A DNA stretch of 64,000 nt from Octopus sinensis (Eukaryota): NCBI RefSeq assembly GCF_006345805.1, contig NC_043017.1, positions 28,272,001 through 28,336,000 of the forward strand, given 5' to 3'. A program made the translations under genes and the position numbers. Under the pieces are notes generated by a model. It had not been told where the DNA came from, searched no databases, and saw only the letters and a list, made by a program, of their open reading frames with translations. Positions 15,057 to 28,841 of this stretch are shown here, piece after piece (the first letter of the stretch is position 1; every line of letters begins with the position of its first letter).

Positions 15057-15560
15057 CAGCATCGGTTGTCAAGCAATGCTAGGGGGACAAACACAGACAC
15101 ACAAACACAGACACACAAACATACACACAAACACACATACATATATACGACAGGCTTCTTACAGTTTCCGTCTACCAAATCTACTCACAAGGATTTGGTC
15201 GGCCCGAGGCTATAGTAGAAGACACTTGCCGAAGGTGCCACGCAGTGGGTCTGAACCTGGACCATGTGCTTCGTAAACAAGCCGCTTACCACTCCCACGC
15301 CTATTATTATTATTATTAGTAGTAGTAGTAGTATCACTTGAAGATTGGCAGCGAGTTGGCAGAATATTTAGCATAACAGACAAAATGTTTAGCATCTTTA
15401 CGCTCCGAGTTTAAATTCTGCAGACGTCCACTTCACCTTTCATCCCTTCGGAGTCGTTAAAATAAGTACCAGTTCACCACTCAGGTGCCACGCAGTGGGA
15501 CTGAACCCGGAACCATGTGGTTGGTAAGCAAGCTACTTACCACACAGCGACTCCTACGCC
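15057..15560 (-). mobile_element. SINE family A fragments (15057-15301, 15484-15560) with an intervening family B-type fragment (+, about 15335-15480)
   Basis: Direct sequence match to the family A head/body and the family B head. Confidence 0.8.
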
Positions 15561-17402
15561 TAATAATAATTAAATAATAATAATAATAATAATTAAATAA
15601 TAATTAAATAATAATAATAAAAATATTAAAAATAGTAATGAATATTATCTTATACATTTCTCAATATTTTTTATTTTTGTTTTTTATGCGCACGTTGATT
15701 TACGTCATCATCCTTAGATTTAGTCCTTAGGAAAGTAAAACATTTCAAATTGATAGTTATTATTCAATATACTTGGTTTTACGTCCTTGAACATTTTAAT
15801 TAGTAGTTTATTGATTTATGTATTTATTCATTTGTGTACTTCAGTTTTCCTTTGAGGGTGACTAATTTTGAAATTTAATGCAAGAAATGAAATTCTAGCT
15901 TAAGGATAATAAATGTATCGAAGGACATCAAATCATTAATAATGGCTACCGTATATCCGATGTTATATATATAGCAACTAATACAGTAACTATAAACTAA
16001 TAAACACATATATGTACATAACATTTCTATATGTAAGTATATATAAAATATGTATGTGTGAATATATATATATATATATGCGCAAACACACACACATATA
16101 TATATATATATAAACATATGTGTGTGTATATATGAAGATATATATATGTGTGTATATATATATGCATATGTATGTGTATATAATAATGTGTATATCTATA
16201 TATATATATGTGTGTGTGTGGTAAGTATGTATATATATATACATATATATATATATCAAAATAAGCAACAGGATAACGAGTAGAGATGCAGTACGACCGT
16301 TTCAAACGACTCCATTTAATTGAACAATGCAATCATTACATCAATTTAAATGCAGTGCCATCTTCAGCTGCACAAATACATGAATAGAATTTTAACAAAT
16401 TTGGACACGTTAACATAATTTTTCCCAAATATTTTAACACTGCTAGAACATGGAAGAAATTCATGTTGTCGCTATCGTAGCTAAGAATAGACTACACTTC
16501 CAAGAATCGCATGAAGCTTATTGGGGGATATTATGTTGTAGCGGATTGTAATTCATTTCTAATTCAGTTATCTCTTGATCAACAACTAAATCTAAGACTA
16601 GAAGACTGTGTCTATTTTGAATAAAGCACAACAGTTGACAGTTCATGGCTGTGTATGTTCATAAATATTATCCTTTCATCAGAAAGGAAAAAAGACATTA
16701 GGAGTAGTCAACTGGATATCACTGTCTATAAAAAGAGGCTGGGAAGGAGAAGACTTTAAATCATGATGGTAATTGCTTGTTAAAGGGGCAAGGCGCTAAG
16801 AAACCTAAGATGTTAATACGGTGGAAATTTGGCTTTGGGGCCCGATGGGTAATTGTTTATAAGCAATAATATGTTATAAGCAATATTATGTTGTATAAAA
16901 ATGAAATTTAAGATTTTCAAAATTATACCATAACCAAAACAGATAAAATGTGTGTATATATCAATTATAAACATAAAAAAAGAAAGAGTTCATAGATTAT
17001 ATAAATCAATAGAAAAATATACTACAGTGATACATTAATGTAACAAGATATATTAAAAACATTATAATATAAATGGCTCGCTAGCAATAAAAAATCACAA
17101 AGGGATTAATAAGAAAAGGGGTGCAAAATAGCACCAGCGGTTGCTAAAGAGTCAAAATTAACACTAACCTCATTATGTTTACGAGACGATAAATGCACAA
17201 AAAGAAATAATTGGACTAAGCTTTATCAATTGAGCTCTTGTTCCTCTTCAGAAGCATCTACCAACATCTAAGGGTTACAGAGATGGCTTACTTTGTGATA
17301 ATTCATAAGAATAGAAAGCCGTTGATAAACAAGTGGATTTGGTAGGCGGAAACTGAAAGAATCCTGCCGATATAGATATATATATTTATACACATACATA
17401 AA

Positions 17403-17600
17403 TAGGGAGAGTTTACGAAAAAACAAAAGACGGAGACAGGTGTTGTACAAAACAAACAGATGTATTAGTATAACGCTCAGGAATAGAGAAAGTCTTTTAC
17501 GTTTCGAGCCTATGCTCTTCTACAGAAAGGGACACGGAAAAAGCAAGGATAGAAAAAAAGGATAGAAAAAATGTGTGTAGTGGCTAACGATCTATCATGG
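17403..17600 (-). mobile_element. Family E copy 2 with minimal hammerhead-like motif (17493-17529)
   Basis: Minus strand reads CTTT CTGTAGA A GAGC ATAG GCTC GAAA CGTA AAAG; shares flanking text (acaaacaaa...tgtattagta...cgctcaggaatag) with copy 1. Confidence 0.65.
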
Positions 17601-17635
17601 CGACTGATTATATGTCTTATATGTATATATATATG

Positions 17636-17667
<32 letters not shown>

Positions 17668-17831
17668 AACATTTTTTGCGTTATGAGATTAAAAAACCCA
17701 AAGCTGAGTAGATTTTAGAACTTTTATAGACTGGTCTTACAGTTGTTTCCATGATATTTATTATATCCCTTCATCGGAGACGGTGTGAGAGGATAGTTAA
17801 GTAATAGTTAATTTAGATATATGTATGTATT

Positions 17832-18038
17832 TGTTTCTGTGTCTGTGCTTGTCTCACCGACACACCATCGCTTAGCAACCGATGCTAGTGTGCTAACGTC
17901 CTTGTAACTTAGTGGTTCGACATATGAGACCGATAGAATAAGTACTAGGCCTACAAAGAATAAGTCCTGGAGTCCATTCGTTCGACTAAAGGCGGTGCCA
18001 CAGAATGGCCGCAGTCAGATGACAAACAAATAAAAGAA
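17832..18038 (+). mobile_element. SINE family A, 3' half, diverged
   Basis: gatgctagtgtgctaacgtcc...gatagaataagtactagg...aaaggcggtg tail. Confidence 0.8.
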
Positions 18039-18662
18039 TATAAAAGAATGTATAAGTAGATATATTTAGATATAGATGGGCAGGCACACGTATATACGCA
18101 TATGTCTATCTACATATACATGTTCAGTACCACATTCCTAACTTACATGTGCTGTTCATAATACAGAATCAGCAGCGTTTTCACCGGGAAAAATTCTTTT
18201 AATGACGCAATATATACAGGTTGTATACAAACTTTTTCTGTATTGCAATAAGGTTACAGAATTACAATATATTCAGAATATGGAAGAGAATATAAAAATA
18301 ATCAATGACACATGTTGAACGTAGGTGTGTAGTGTAAATGCCAGAAGCTACAGTTTTTCGTCCCGGAAAAATCCCTTTAAAGACGTATAATTCAAAAACA
18401 GCACACACTCCGGAGCTAGGCGAATCGATAAAGCCCAGAAGTGTTCACGAAAGCTTCAGATACATATTTCACTGTATTTCTAGCTTATCAATGACGCACA
18501 TTCGAATCACTTCCGAAACGAAATTGAAATGCCTAGTGTATAATATATAAAGGCAGTGTATAAAATATTTGCTGATTTGCATTATAGAGTTTGCTTCAAG
18601 CACATAAGCTGAACATTTTATATATGTGTGTGTGTATATATATATATATACATACATACATA

Positions 18663-19061
18663 CTCTCTTGTTTCAGTCATTTTATTGCGGCCATGCTGGA
18701 GCACTGCCAGCAGTCGAGCAAATTGACTCCAGGACTTATTCTTTGTAAGCCTAGTACTTATTCTATCAGTCTCTTTTGCCGATCCGCTAAGTTACGGGGA
18801 CGTAAACACACCAGCATCGGTTGTCAAGTGATGTTGGGGGGAAGGACAAACACAGACACACAAAACTACGCACACACAAATATACATATGCATGTATACG
18901 ACAAGCTTCTTTCAGTTTCCGTCTACCAAATCCACTCACTAGGCTTTGGTCGGCCCGAGGGTATACTAGAAGATACTTGCCCAAGGTGCCATGCAGTGGG
19001 ACTGAACCCGAAACCATGTGGTTGGTAAGCAAGCTACTTACCACAAAGCCACTCCTGCGCC
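18663..19061 (-). mobile_element. SINE family A
   Basis: Full match to the family A pattern. Confidence 0.9.
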
Positions 19062-19065
19062 TCAA

Positions 19066-19109
<44 letters not shown>

Positions 19110-19473
19110 TAAAATGATGCACAGTCGTATACATACTTGTGCGTGTGTATGTGTGTGTGTGTGTGTGTGTACGTACGAAAGCGTTTATGTGTGCGTATTC
19201 AGAATGTGTAACGACATTGTGAGCCTAAAGAGACAAGTAATCCTAAACAACTAGCACATTATAATGTTAAGATTATTTAGTGATAAAAATTATGGTTATT
19301 TTTTATGAGAATATGCATTCAAATTTTCATCCTTCCAAGTTTGGACACTGGCCACTTATTTAATCCGTCTAGCTCAACTGAGCTGCAACTGGCGAACATT
19401 TTACATAGGAAAGGTACCAAGACAAACTGCGCTCAGTTTTTGGTCACTTCATTACTAATAATATATTGTTGAA

Positions 19474-19589
19474 ATAAAGTACTTGTATACTGTCAACTTA
19501 ATGTGATAAACCCATGAAGGGAATCATACAACTGCATAAATCCCTTCATGGGTCTGCCACATTAATTTGACAGTATACAAATACTTTAT
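19474..19589. repeat. Inverted repeat, 49-bp arms, 18-nt loop
   Basis: 19474-19522 vs 19541-19589, 5 mismatches. Confidence 0.9.
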
Positions 19590-19955
19590 CTTACCACTAC
19601 TGCATAAATCTCTCTGAGATATTTAGAAACATATTGTTCATTGTTCTGAAAAAAATGTTTCCTTGTTGCTTCTTAACACACAGAGAGCGGCATTCTTGCC
19701 TTTTTCTTTCTTGGTAAATTAAGACACTCATTAACTTTCTTTGCCGACCCTTATTTTTTTCTCACTTGTCTTTATTAAACCCTAAAGCTCTTTTCATAGA
19801 ATTATTTCAAACATTTGCCCATATAAAATAGAATTTGAGTTCTCCAGTCAGTCATTTTTAGTACTCTTTATGTATTTCAAAACGTTTGTTTGCAACACAC
19901 GCGCCGGCGAGCGCGCGCAGACACAAATACAGCACATGCAGATAGACGCACATAT

Positions 19956-20025
<70 letters not shown>

Positions 20026-20156
20026 GCGTCTGTGTATCTATGTACGTATGTATATATATGCATGCATAGATTATATACATCTCTTTCTATATGTATGTAT
20101 GTGTATATATATGAAGATATATATATAAGATATATATATATACATACACCACACAG

Positions 20157-20192
<36 letters not shown>

Positions 20193-20390
20193 GAAGAAAT
20201 AATATATCACACACACACACGAAGAAATATACATATATATATACACACTCAAAGAAATAATATATATATACAAACACACACACACACACGAAGAAAATAG
20301 ATATACAAACACACACACACCACACACACGAGAGAATATATATACTCACACACACACACGCACACACAGAATAATATATACACACACGAA

Positions 20391-20425
<35 letters not shown>

Positions 20426-21937
20426 TATATATTACCTTTGTATGTAGACATGCAGGGATGTTGACAAGCAAACGCACATATAGTATCTTTAAGCGATTAA
20501 ATGCTTGAATTCTGTTTTTTTTTCTTTCTTTGAGATTATTTCTGAGCCTCAGGCCTAACAAGTTTGGTTCAATGGTTCACTGTCTTTGTGCGTATGTGTC
20601 TATATATGTGTGTGTCTGTATATCCTTTGAGATACATATGCTAGTGCATTCGTACGTATAATCAGATGATGTAGGAGTTGCCGTTTCTTTGTGAATCTAT
20701 TTGAGAACGAACTATTGTAGGGAGGGAATATACCGCTTTATTGAATTACCGGATATTCATTTCTATGGAGATACCTCAAGAGATTTCATTATATGGGATA
20801 GTACTCTAACGCACTTACTAATTTGACGCAAAATATTATTTACCGAGAACAAAAGATAAAACACAAAATAATAGCTGTGGTCTATCGGGATTCCATGTTG
20901 CCCCTGCAGGGATGCCTATATGGTTTTATTAGGTGTATAACGTATATAAGTGTTTGAACTGACTCATTGTATGCACTTATTCAATATGCCAATTTGATGT
21001 TTCGTGATCGATAACCATTCCCGGGGAGCAGAGGTTACGTAAAACATTTGATTGCGTTTTAATTGATGCATTATCTATGATTCAACATTCAATAATATAG
21101 GGTATGCTGCTTCTTTTAGCTGGTTGTAAGTTGCTAGTGTTACATCCCACCGCTTTTGTAGGGTAATAAAGGAATTAGGTCAGTAAAGTTTGTTCTTAAA
21201 CCTACATAACTATCGCCGTTTTAGTTTCGTTACATGTAATGTTAGCTCCTTATATAACTGATTTATACATACAGGTTTTTCTGAATAGGCTTTGTACTTT
21301 CATTGTGACTGTTGTTTTCTTTGAAGTTTATATTCCAACACCAACAAAGAAATCTCGCCATTTATCATTTCAAACCAATATTCCTTACAGTACACATCAT
21401 GTACAAAAACTGCACCAACATCTAATTTCATCAAAGGAACCAAATAAATGTGATAGGCGTACACAGTTGTAGAGAAAAATTCACAAAAGAAAGTCCAGTA
21501 CATTTCACCATTTCCACTAAATTTTAGTACGCACATAAACAAAAGTTTATTTCATCTTATAAATTATTTACTTAAGAACTTATGCAGAGGCAAATCTTTA
21601 GCCTTAAAATATTTAACTAAGAGACTACACGAAAGCTTCTTAACATCTATAAATACTTACTTCTAAATTTGGCAGAAAGCCGGCATTTTCAGCCGAGAAA
21701 GTCAAGTTATACTATTTTTATCGACCCAAAGGCAAAGCACAACACGGTGGGATTTGAACTTAGAACGTAATGAATCGGAAGATATAATGCAAAGCATATT
21801 TTTCTCCGATGCGCTAACAATTCTGGTTTCACACCTCCTTTATAGACGTTAACAAGAAATTATAATGGTAAGGATAGCCAGAAATTCAAATAATGTAAAA
21901 CAAAGAGCAAAATTATAGTATGTTGTCAACCTAATGT

Positions 21938-22169
21938 AATTTCTTTATTGCCCACAGGGGGCTAAACATACAGGGGATAAACAAGGACAGACAAAGGGAT
22001 TAAGTCGATTACATCGACCCCAGTGCAAAACTGATACTTATTTACTCGACACCGAAAGAATGAAAGGCAAAGTCAACCTAGGCGGAATTTGAACTCAGAC
22101 AGTAAAGACGACGAAATACAGTAACGTATTTCGCCCAGCGTGCTAACGATTCTGCCAACACGCCGCCCT
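21938..22169 (-). mobile_element. SINE family B with 12-bp TSD
   Basis: TSD tcaacctaatgt at 21926-37 and 22174-85. Confidence 0.9.
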
Positions 22170-22468
22170 AATATCAACCTAATGTGACAGTCCCATGAAA
22201 GGGAAGAACGCTACTGTTATTTAGTCCTAGGAAACACAGTTTCCTGTTAAGTTAACAACATACTATCACTTTATCGTTGCTGCAACTGCATAAACTCCCC
22301 AGGGCGATTTGGAAATGTATTATATACAGTGGAGAAGGTTAGCCACTGGATTTGGTTAAACAGATACGATGAGCGATGGCTAGAAGGATATTGAGCTAAA
22401 TTTGATAACCAGCTGATCTAGCAAGCAGGGGCTCATATCAGTGAGGGGGACCGGTGTGCATTGATGCC

Positions 22469-22694
22469 TATTTCTTTACTACCCACAAGGGGCTAAACAC
22501 AGAGAGGACAAACAAGGACAGACAAACGGATTAAGTTGATTACATCGGCCCCAGTGCGTAACTGGTACTTAATTTATCGACCCCGAAAGGATGTAAGGTA
22601 AAGTCTACCTCGGCGGAATTTGAACTCAGAACGTAACGGCAGACGAAATACGGCTAAGCATTTCACCCGGCGTGCTAACGTTTCTGCCAGCTCG
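22469..22694 (-). mobile_element. SINE family B with 18-bp TSD
   Basis: TSD ccggtgtgcatt(g/a)atgcc at 22451-68 and 22695-712. Confidence 0.9.
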
Positions 22695-23346
22695 CCGGTG
22701 TGCATTAATGCCGTCGAGGTTGGCCCCGAAACGGCGCGCATTCTCTCCTGATGACCCCATACACTTACTGGCTTCCGGTATACGGAGCATTTGACTGGTA
22801 GCACTTGCATGTGCAAGTTGTTTGCAAGACATCTATTTTGGAAGCGTAAAATATTTGCAAAAATTAAGCTATATTTACTACTATTGTAACAATTAAAATT
22901 AATCTACGCAGCAATAAAGGTATGATTGTAAACTCTGTCAACATAAATATATATATATCCAGGCTATTACAAGGAATTATTGTTACAAATCTGGCAACAC
23001 ATCTCAAAATTTCGAAACAGCAGAAGCAACATATAATTAGATGTCCAAATTTAGATAAAGGACTAAATGACAATCAATTAAATGATTTCTATAATCTTTC
23101 TATCAAAGACAGGCAGTAGGTTTTTAACAACAAGCCTAGATATTGAATGAGCGAACACAATGAAAACTCATGTGCTCTTACGTGAGCAGGATCTTGTTAA
23201 ATGACAACATTACTATCCCCACGGCAATTTTGTCAAATCCTAATAGAACATGACAGTTCCATCTCGTATATACGTTTGAATTTTCTTATTACTAAATATA
23301 TTTTCATATATATATATATTATATATATATAATATATATATATATA

Positions 23347-23510
23347 TATAAAATATTATTCGAGACAAAACCACTATTTTGCAAAACAAACAAGGAAAGA
23401 CTTAATTAATACATAAAATTTTAATAAATATATTAAAATTTTATGTATTAATTAAGTCTTTCCTTGTTTGTTTTGCAAAATAGTGGTTTTGTCTCGAATA
23501 ATATTTTATA
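23347..23510. repeat. Perfect palindrome, 80-bp arms, 4-nt loop
   Basis: 23347-23426 is the exact reverse complement of 23431-23510. Confidence 0.95.
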
Positions 23511-23584
23511 ATATTTTACTATAAAATCGATTTAATCCTAAATCTGATTTTTTCCCTGTAAATTTGGATTTATTCCCTAATATT

Positions 23585-23625
<41 letters not shown>

Positions 23626-23629
<4 letters not shown>

Positions 23630-23854
23630 ACTGCCCACAAGGGGCTAAACAAAGGGGGGACAAACAAAGACAGACAAAGGGATTAAGTCGATTACATCGA
23701 CCCCAGTGCGAAACTGGTACTCTATTTATCGACCCCCCAAAGGATGAAAGGCAAAGTCGACCTCGGCGGAATTTGAACTCAGAACGTAACAACAGATGAA
23801 ATACGGCTAAGCATTTCGCCCGGCGCGCTAACGATTCTGCCAGCTCGCCGCCTT
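23626..23854 (-). mobile_element. SINE family B
   Basis: Full monomer next to a (TA)n tract. Confidence 0.9.
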
Positions 23855-24580
23855 ATATATACGTATGAGAACAAAAATGCAATAGAGGACTATAAAAAAC
23901 ATCCAGACAGACAGACAATACAAAGGCAGATAAGAGAAACAATTAGAATGATAGGGGAAAAGAAGACGAGTTATTAGTGGGCTTCTTTCTTCAGTCAAGT
24001 ACCAGACGTCATGACCATTTCGGGTAATTACACTTGAGATTGTTCGATTTGGTTACCCCCCAAAAAAACTAAGCCAAGAGCATTAGACCTCTTTGTAAGA
24101 AAGCTAGCAAATGTTTATAACTACAAAGGCAAAAAACGGAGAACATGGTACATAATTACGAATATAAGCAACAAGGATAGCAACAGGTGACTTTCGACTG
24201 AGAACGAATCAAATTGAGCTGGCGTGTATGAAGTGAAAGCCTAAGATCTATGTGTGCGCGTGTTTGAATGGTATATTTATATATCAAGCACAATTCCACC
24301 TGACCTCAGAATGTGTGGTTGCTAAACAACCATCGTAATCAATTCACCTTCTTGACATTCCATATAATTTGAATGGGCGTGAGTGGAAAAAATATAGATA
24401 AACACGTTGTCAAATTGATGTGAATTTACAACACAGCTGCAAATCTCTCGTAGATATTTCGAACATGTTAAAACCAGGTGTGAAATAAATTCAAACTACA
24501 GAGGTGTGTAAACAAAAGCCCAACACGTTAGAAAATTTACAGCTAGGCAGGGTTTTTTTTTCTTTGGTGGGGGGCGTGGT

Positions 24581-24918
24581 GACCCCCTTCGGCCAGACAC
24601 TGACCATGGGATTGCACCTAGAAAGTTACCCCATCAGGCCAGGCACAAGTCTGGGCAAGCTTGTTTTATGGAAGACCAGCAGTCGCCCATGCATACCGGC
24701 CTACCCTCTCCACGTCACCGATGTTGTCCAAGGGAAAGGCAAAGGGGCCGATACAGCTTGGCACCTGTGACGTCGCAACTCATTTCTGCAGCTGAGTGGA
24801 CTGGAGCAACGTGAAATAAAGTGTCTTGCTCAAGAACACAACACGCAGCCCGGTCCGGGATTCGAGCTCACAACCTCACGATCGTAAGCTCGACGCTCTA
24901 ACCACTGAGCCACGCGCC
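24581..24918 (-). mobile_element. tRNA-derived SINE, family C
   Basis: Minus-strand head ggcgcgtggctcagtggttagagcg...gagctcgaatcccgg; body ttcttgagcaagacactttatttcacg; matches 49321-49650. Confidence 0.9.
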
Positions 24919-25454
24919 TTGGTGGGGGGGCACACTACTCCTAAATCCCGGTATATGATGTATTTTTTGTTCCTACACATCGGGGATCTAGATTATCTGT
25001 TGAAATTACTTGGCTTAATTTTAATTTTCGTATTTCGGATACGAAGAAATAGGCATCAGCCCTACACTTTTAAAATTGTTTGAAAAAACTATCAATCTCC
25101 TTTACAGATTTCAATATTATAAATTAAACAGGTTTTAAACATTTAGAGAAAGCATGAAAAATGGAAGAAATAATGAAATGCTAGATTAAAGATTTGCCGT
25201 ACAGAGTTGCATCACTTTCTCTCAGGTGTTGAAACCTCGTCAGGCTTTCGCTGTCTTTCATGATTTTCAGATCAATAAAATATACAGCCGAATGTACAGG
25301 AAAGCCTTTGAATGGATTTTAAAATTTCCCCTCTAGCTTTCTGTAACTGTGCCAATAATCATTATTATTAATGTCTATTACATTTCAGCCTTTGATTTTT
25401 TTTTTCACTTTATCTATTTATTTCCTTTTTTTTTTATTTATATGCCTAAAATAT

Positions 25455-25504
<50 letters not shown>

Positions 25505-26034
25505 ACATAAAAAGAAAACATTCGCCGTTTTGTTAGGTTTCTGTTTTGCGATTTTTTTTTAATGTTTATTTAAATGATTTCTAAAAGTTTCGAATTTTTA
25601 TTGCAGGGCAAAAGAATAATATTGTTAATATTCAGTATATTATTATTATTATTAATACTCATAGCAGTATCGGAAGAACGGCGAGCAAAAATTCCCCGTA
25701 GTGATTATCTGTGTTATATTTTATATTCTGAATTTAAACTGTGTATATAAATGAAAGATATACTTGCATTCATGAAAGCAGGAAGAAAACATGTCGAAAA
25801 TTCACACACACAAGCAACACACAAACACATACATATATATGCACATATATAAAAATATACAAATTATATATATATATAATATACATTGTACATACTTATT
25901 AAATATGTATGTATATATTACATATATAAATGTATATATACACAAATATATATGTAATTATTACATACATTTAAATACACATATACAAAATATATAATAT
26001 GTAATATATATGTATATATAACTAAATATACAAA

Positions 26035-26096
<62 letters not shown>

Positions 26097-27090
26097 TATT
26101 ATGTATATATATATGAAGGCATCTGTATACTTACAGAACTTACGCAAGCAAGAATATACATCATTAGGAAATAGATGCATTGTTTTAATTTTTTTTAACG
26201 ATGTCTTAAATTTTAGCTTCCATTCTTATTTTGTGTTTTGCTTTGCTTCGCTTCGCTTTGCTTTTTCTTTGTGCTGTCATTTGCCAAATACATAAATCGC
26301 CACGAGTATTAAATATATATATTTTTTGTTACATTTTAATTCTGTTGTGTTAAAAATATTTATATTCATCTGTTGATACGTAACTTCTTCTAAACCGAAT
26401 TTCTATTTAATGTTACCGGATCTAATCTGTTGGACATAAAAATATATTTCTATTGTTTACTCTGTATAAATATGTAATCGATTACGCATGAAATTATTTC
26501 TGTATATCAGTTAGATAGAGATCAATATAGAATATATGGTTAGATCCCAGAGAGTGAGAGCTGATATCAAGAGACTGTGTTTCGATTTAGTTTGTTATTT
26601 AACTCGCATAGCGCACTTGGGAAAGAAATGCTACAACGCAACAGAATTCCACTTTCCACTCTTCAGTAAATGAGATATTTTCTACTTCAGGGGAAAATGC
26701 ATCCACATACACACAGACTCCACCTCAAGCAGCGTATCATGTGTGTGTGTATGTATATATATATTTATTTATATATAGGTGTGTGTGTGTATGTAAAGAG
26801 ACAGAGAGATACACGTAAATATATACTTACAAATGTGTGCTTGTACATATGTACCTATACATACATGCCCTTTTAGATAGATATATAGATAAATAGATAG
26901 ATGTACATATATACATGTAAATGTGTGTGTGTGTGTGTGCGTGTATAATGAATTAATTAATTCATAGCCTCCCGAAGGTACGTTACGAATTTTTCTTCAA
27001 GCACTCATACACACGAATTAGAATGTATGGATACACATAAATAAATACATACATCTAAATTCAGACATATGTATTCTCATCTCATAATAC

Positions 27091-27135
<45 letters not shown>

Positions 27136-27139
27136 CTAT

Positions 27140-27185
27140 ATATATGCTTATATGTGTTTTTCTACATAATAATATATATTTGCAT

Positions 27186-27219
<34 letters not shown>

Positions 27220-27420
27220 GCTTATATGTGTTTTTCTACATATATATATATATATTGCATATACATATATACATATATATATAATTATACATGCTTATAT
27301 GTGTTTTTCTACATATATATATATATATATATACCTATATTGCATATATATATATATCTATATTATATATATATATATATACACATGCTTATATGTGTTT
27401 TTCTACATATATATACATAT
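27140..27420. repeat. Minisatellite gcttatatgtgtttttctacat + (TA)n
   Basis: Four units seen directly. Confidence 0.85.
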
Positions 27421-28557
27421 ATATGTATGTGTGTATTAATATATATGAATATACATATATTCATCGTTACAGTTATATCAGAGCTATAATATAAGTAAAC
27501 ATAAGAAATTCTAGGTTTTAAATTTTAAATATCTTTAGAAGAGAAGACACGATAAAAGTTTTTATGCGTATCAAACAATTCTGCTAGTTCCAGAAATAGA
27601 ATCATTTACTTAGCTCTTTCCTTGCCTGATATAATGAGTGGAACGTCGCTCGAAGCTACACCTACATGAACGTTCATTATAAATCCGATCACTAGATATC
27701 TTTTGAAATCTTCCACATAACGTTACGTTTTGAGTGCAAAACACACCGATTTTCAACTTCTCCTTTCATCCCTCTGACAAAGTTTGTTAAATGTTTACCA
27801 GAGGATAAGTTTGAGTTAATTTAATTAACTTCAAACGCATTTTCTTGTTCTAAGACTAAAAAAATTAAAACATCTATATATATGCGCACTGCTCACAGCA
27901 ATATGGCTTTTTCAGTAATGTGCTGGCACATCAGACATATTCGCCTTCGGCATGTATCACGTGTGCAGATTCAATTGAATTAATTTCATATTAATAAATT
28001 ATCACCATGAGTAATTTAATTTAATTGAATAGAAACGTAAATATACTGCCGGTATTATGTAATATGTTTTTATTGTAGATATGTCGGTAGCCTCAAGTTT
28101 TCAATTCATATCTTTTTGGGGAGGTCATTATTTTATTCTCATCTCTCTGGGAGAAGGAATTAAAAGCACTGGCTGAAAAAAAGTTATAGAATTTATAAAT
28201 AATGGAAACTATAAGAATTTTTCCTTTCTTGAAAGTTAGTTCTAATCTTCGTTACATGTGGACAACTAACTTCAAATATACTTTGAACTTTTCCAGTTTA
28301 GAAAATGCGGCATACCCAGTTATATGCTGTAATACTTATTCTTCTCATGAATTTTAGACCTCATTTGTGTTTTATAGCTTTCATACCCGAGATTTAGGCA
28401 TATTCTTGTATGCATTTGAAGTACTGATTCCAAACATAACAGTTTTCGCAATGATCTTTACATAATCAGTAATAACAAAAGTAACCAACTTGAAGTCATT
28501 AAGACAATGCATGTATTGAAAATAATCATATCAACAAATCAAATGACTGAAACAATT

Positions 28558-28790
28558 ATTTCTTTATTACCCACAAGGGGCTAAACACAGAGAGGACAAA
28601 CAAGGACAGACAGACGGATTAAGTCGATAATATCGACTCCAGTGCGTAACTCGTACTTATTTAATCGACCCCGAAAGGATGAAAGGCAAAGTTGACCTCG
28701 GCGGAATTTGAACTCAGAACGTTGCGGCAGACGAAATACGGCTACGCATTTTGCCCGGCGTGTTAACGTTTCTGCCAGCTCGCCGCCTTA
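28558..28790 (-). mobile_element. SINE family B
   Basis: Full monomer. Confidence 0.9.
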
Positions 28791-28805
28791 GAATGAAAAT
28801 TTCAA

Positions 28806-28841
28806 AGGGGACGCCCGGGATTGAACCGGGGACTTCTCGAT
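28806..28841 (-). pseudogene. 3' half of a tRNA-Cys-like sequence
   Basis: Minus strand ATCGAGAAGTCCCCGGTTCAATCCCGGGCGTCCCCT: perfect T-arm CCCGG/CCGGG with TTCAATC loop, CGTCCCC acceptor strand, U discriminator; 5' half absent. Confidence 0.6.

Noticed and set aside
18170-18400. Exon-like peptide VFTGKNSFND resembling iGluR ATD GLTGRITFN
   Set aside because: The segment is one of two diverged direct repeats about 178 bp apart, and the similarity is too short.
22721-22760. GAAAC...CTGATGA (type II order) candidate
   Set aside because: The would-be stem II strands (CCCC and CCCC) cannot pair.
26565-26680. Minus-strand CTGAAGA...GAAACACAGTC candidate
   Set aside because: No stem I pairing and no convincing stem II; at best a relic.
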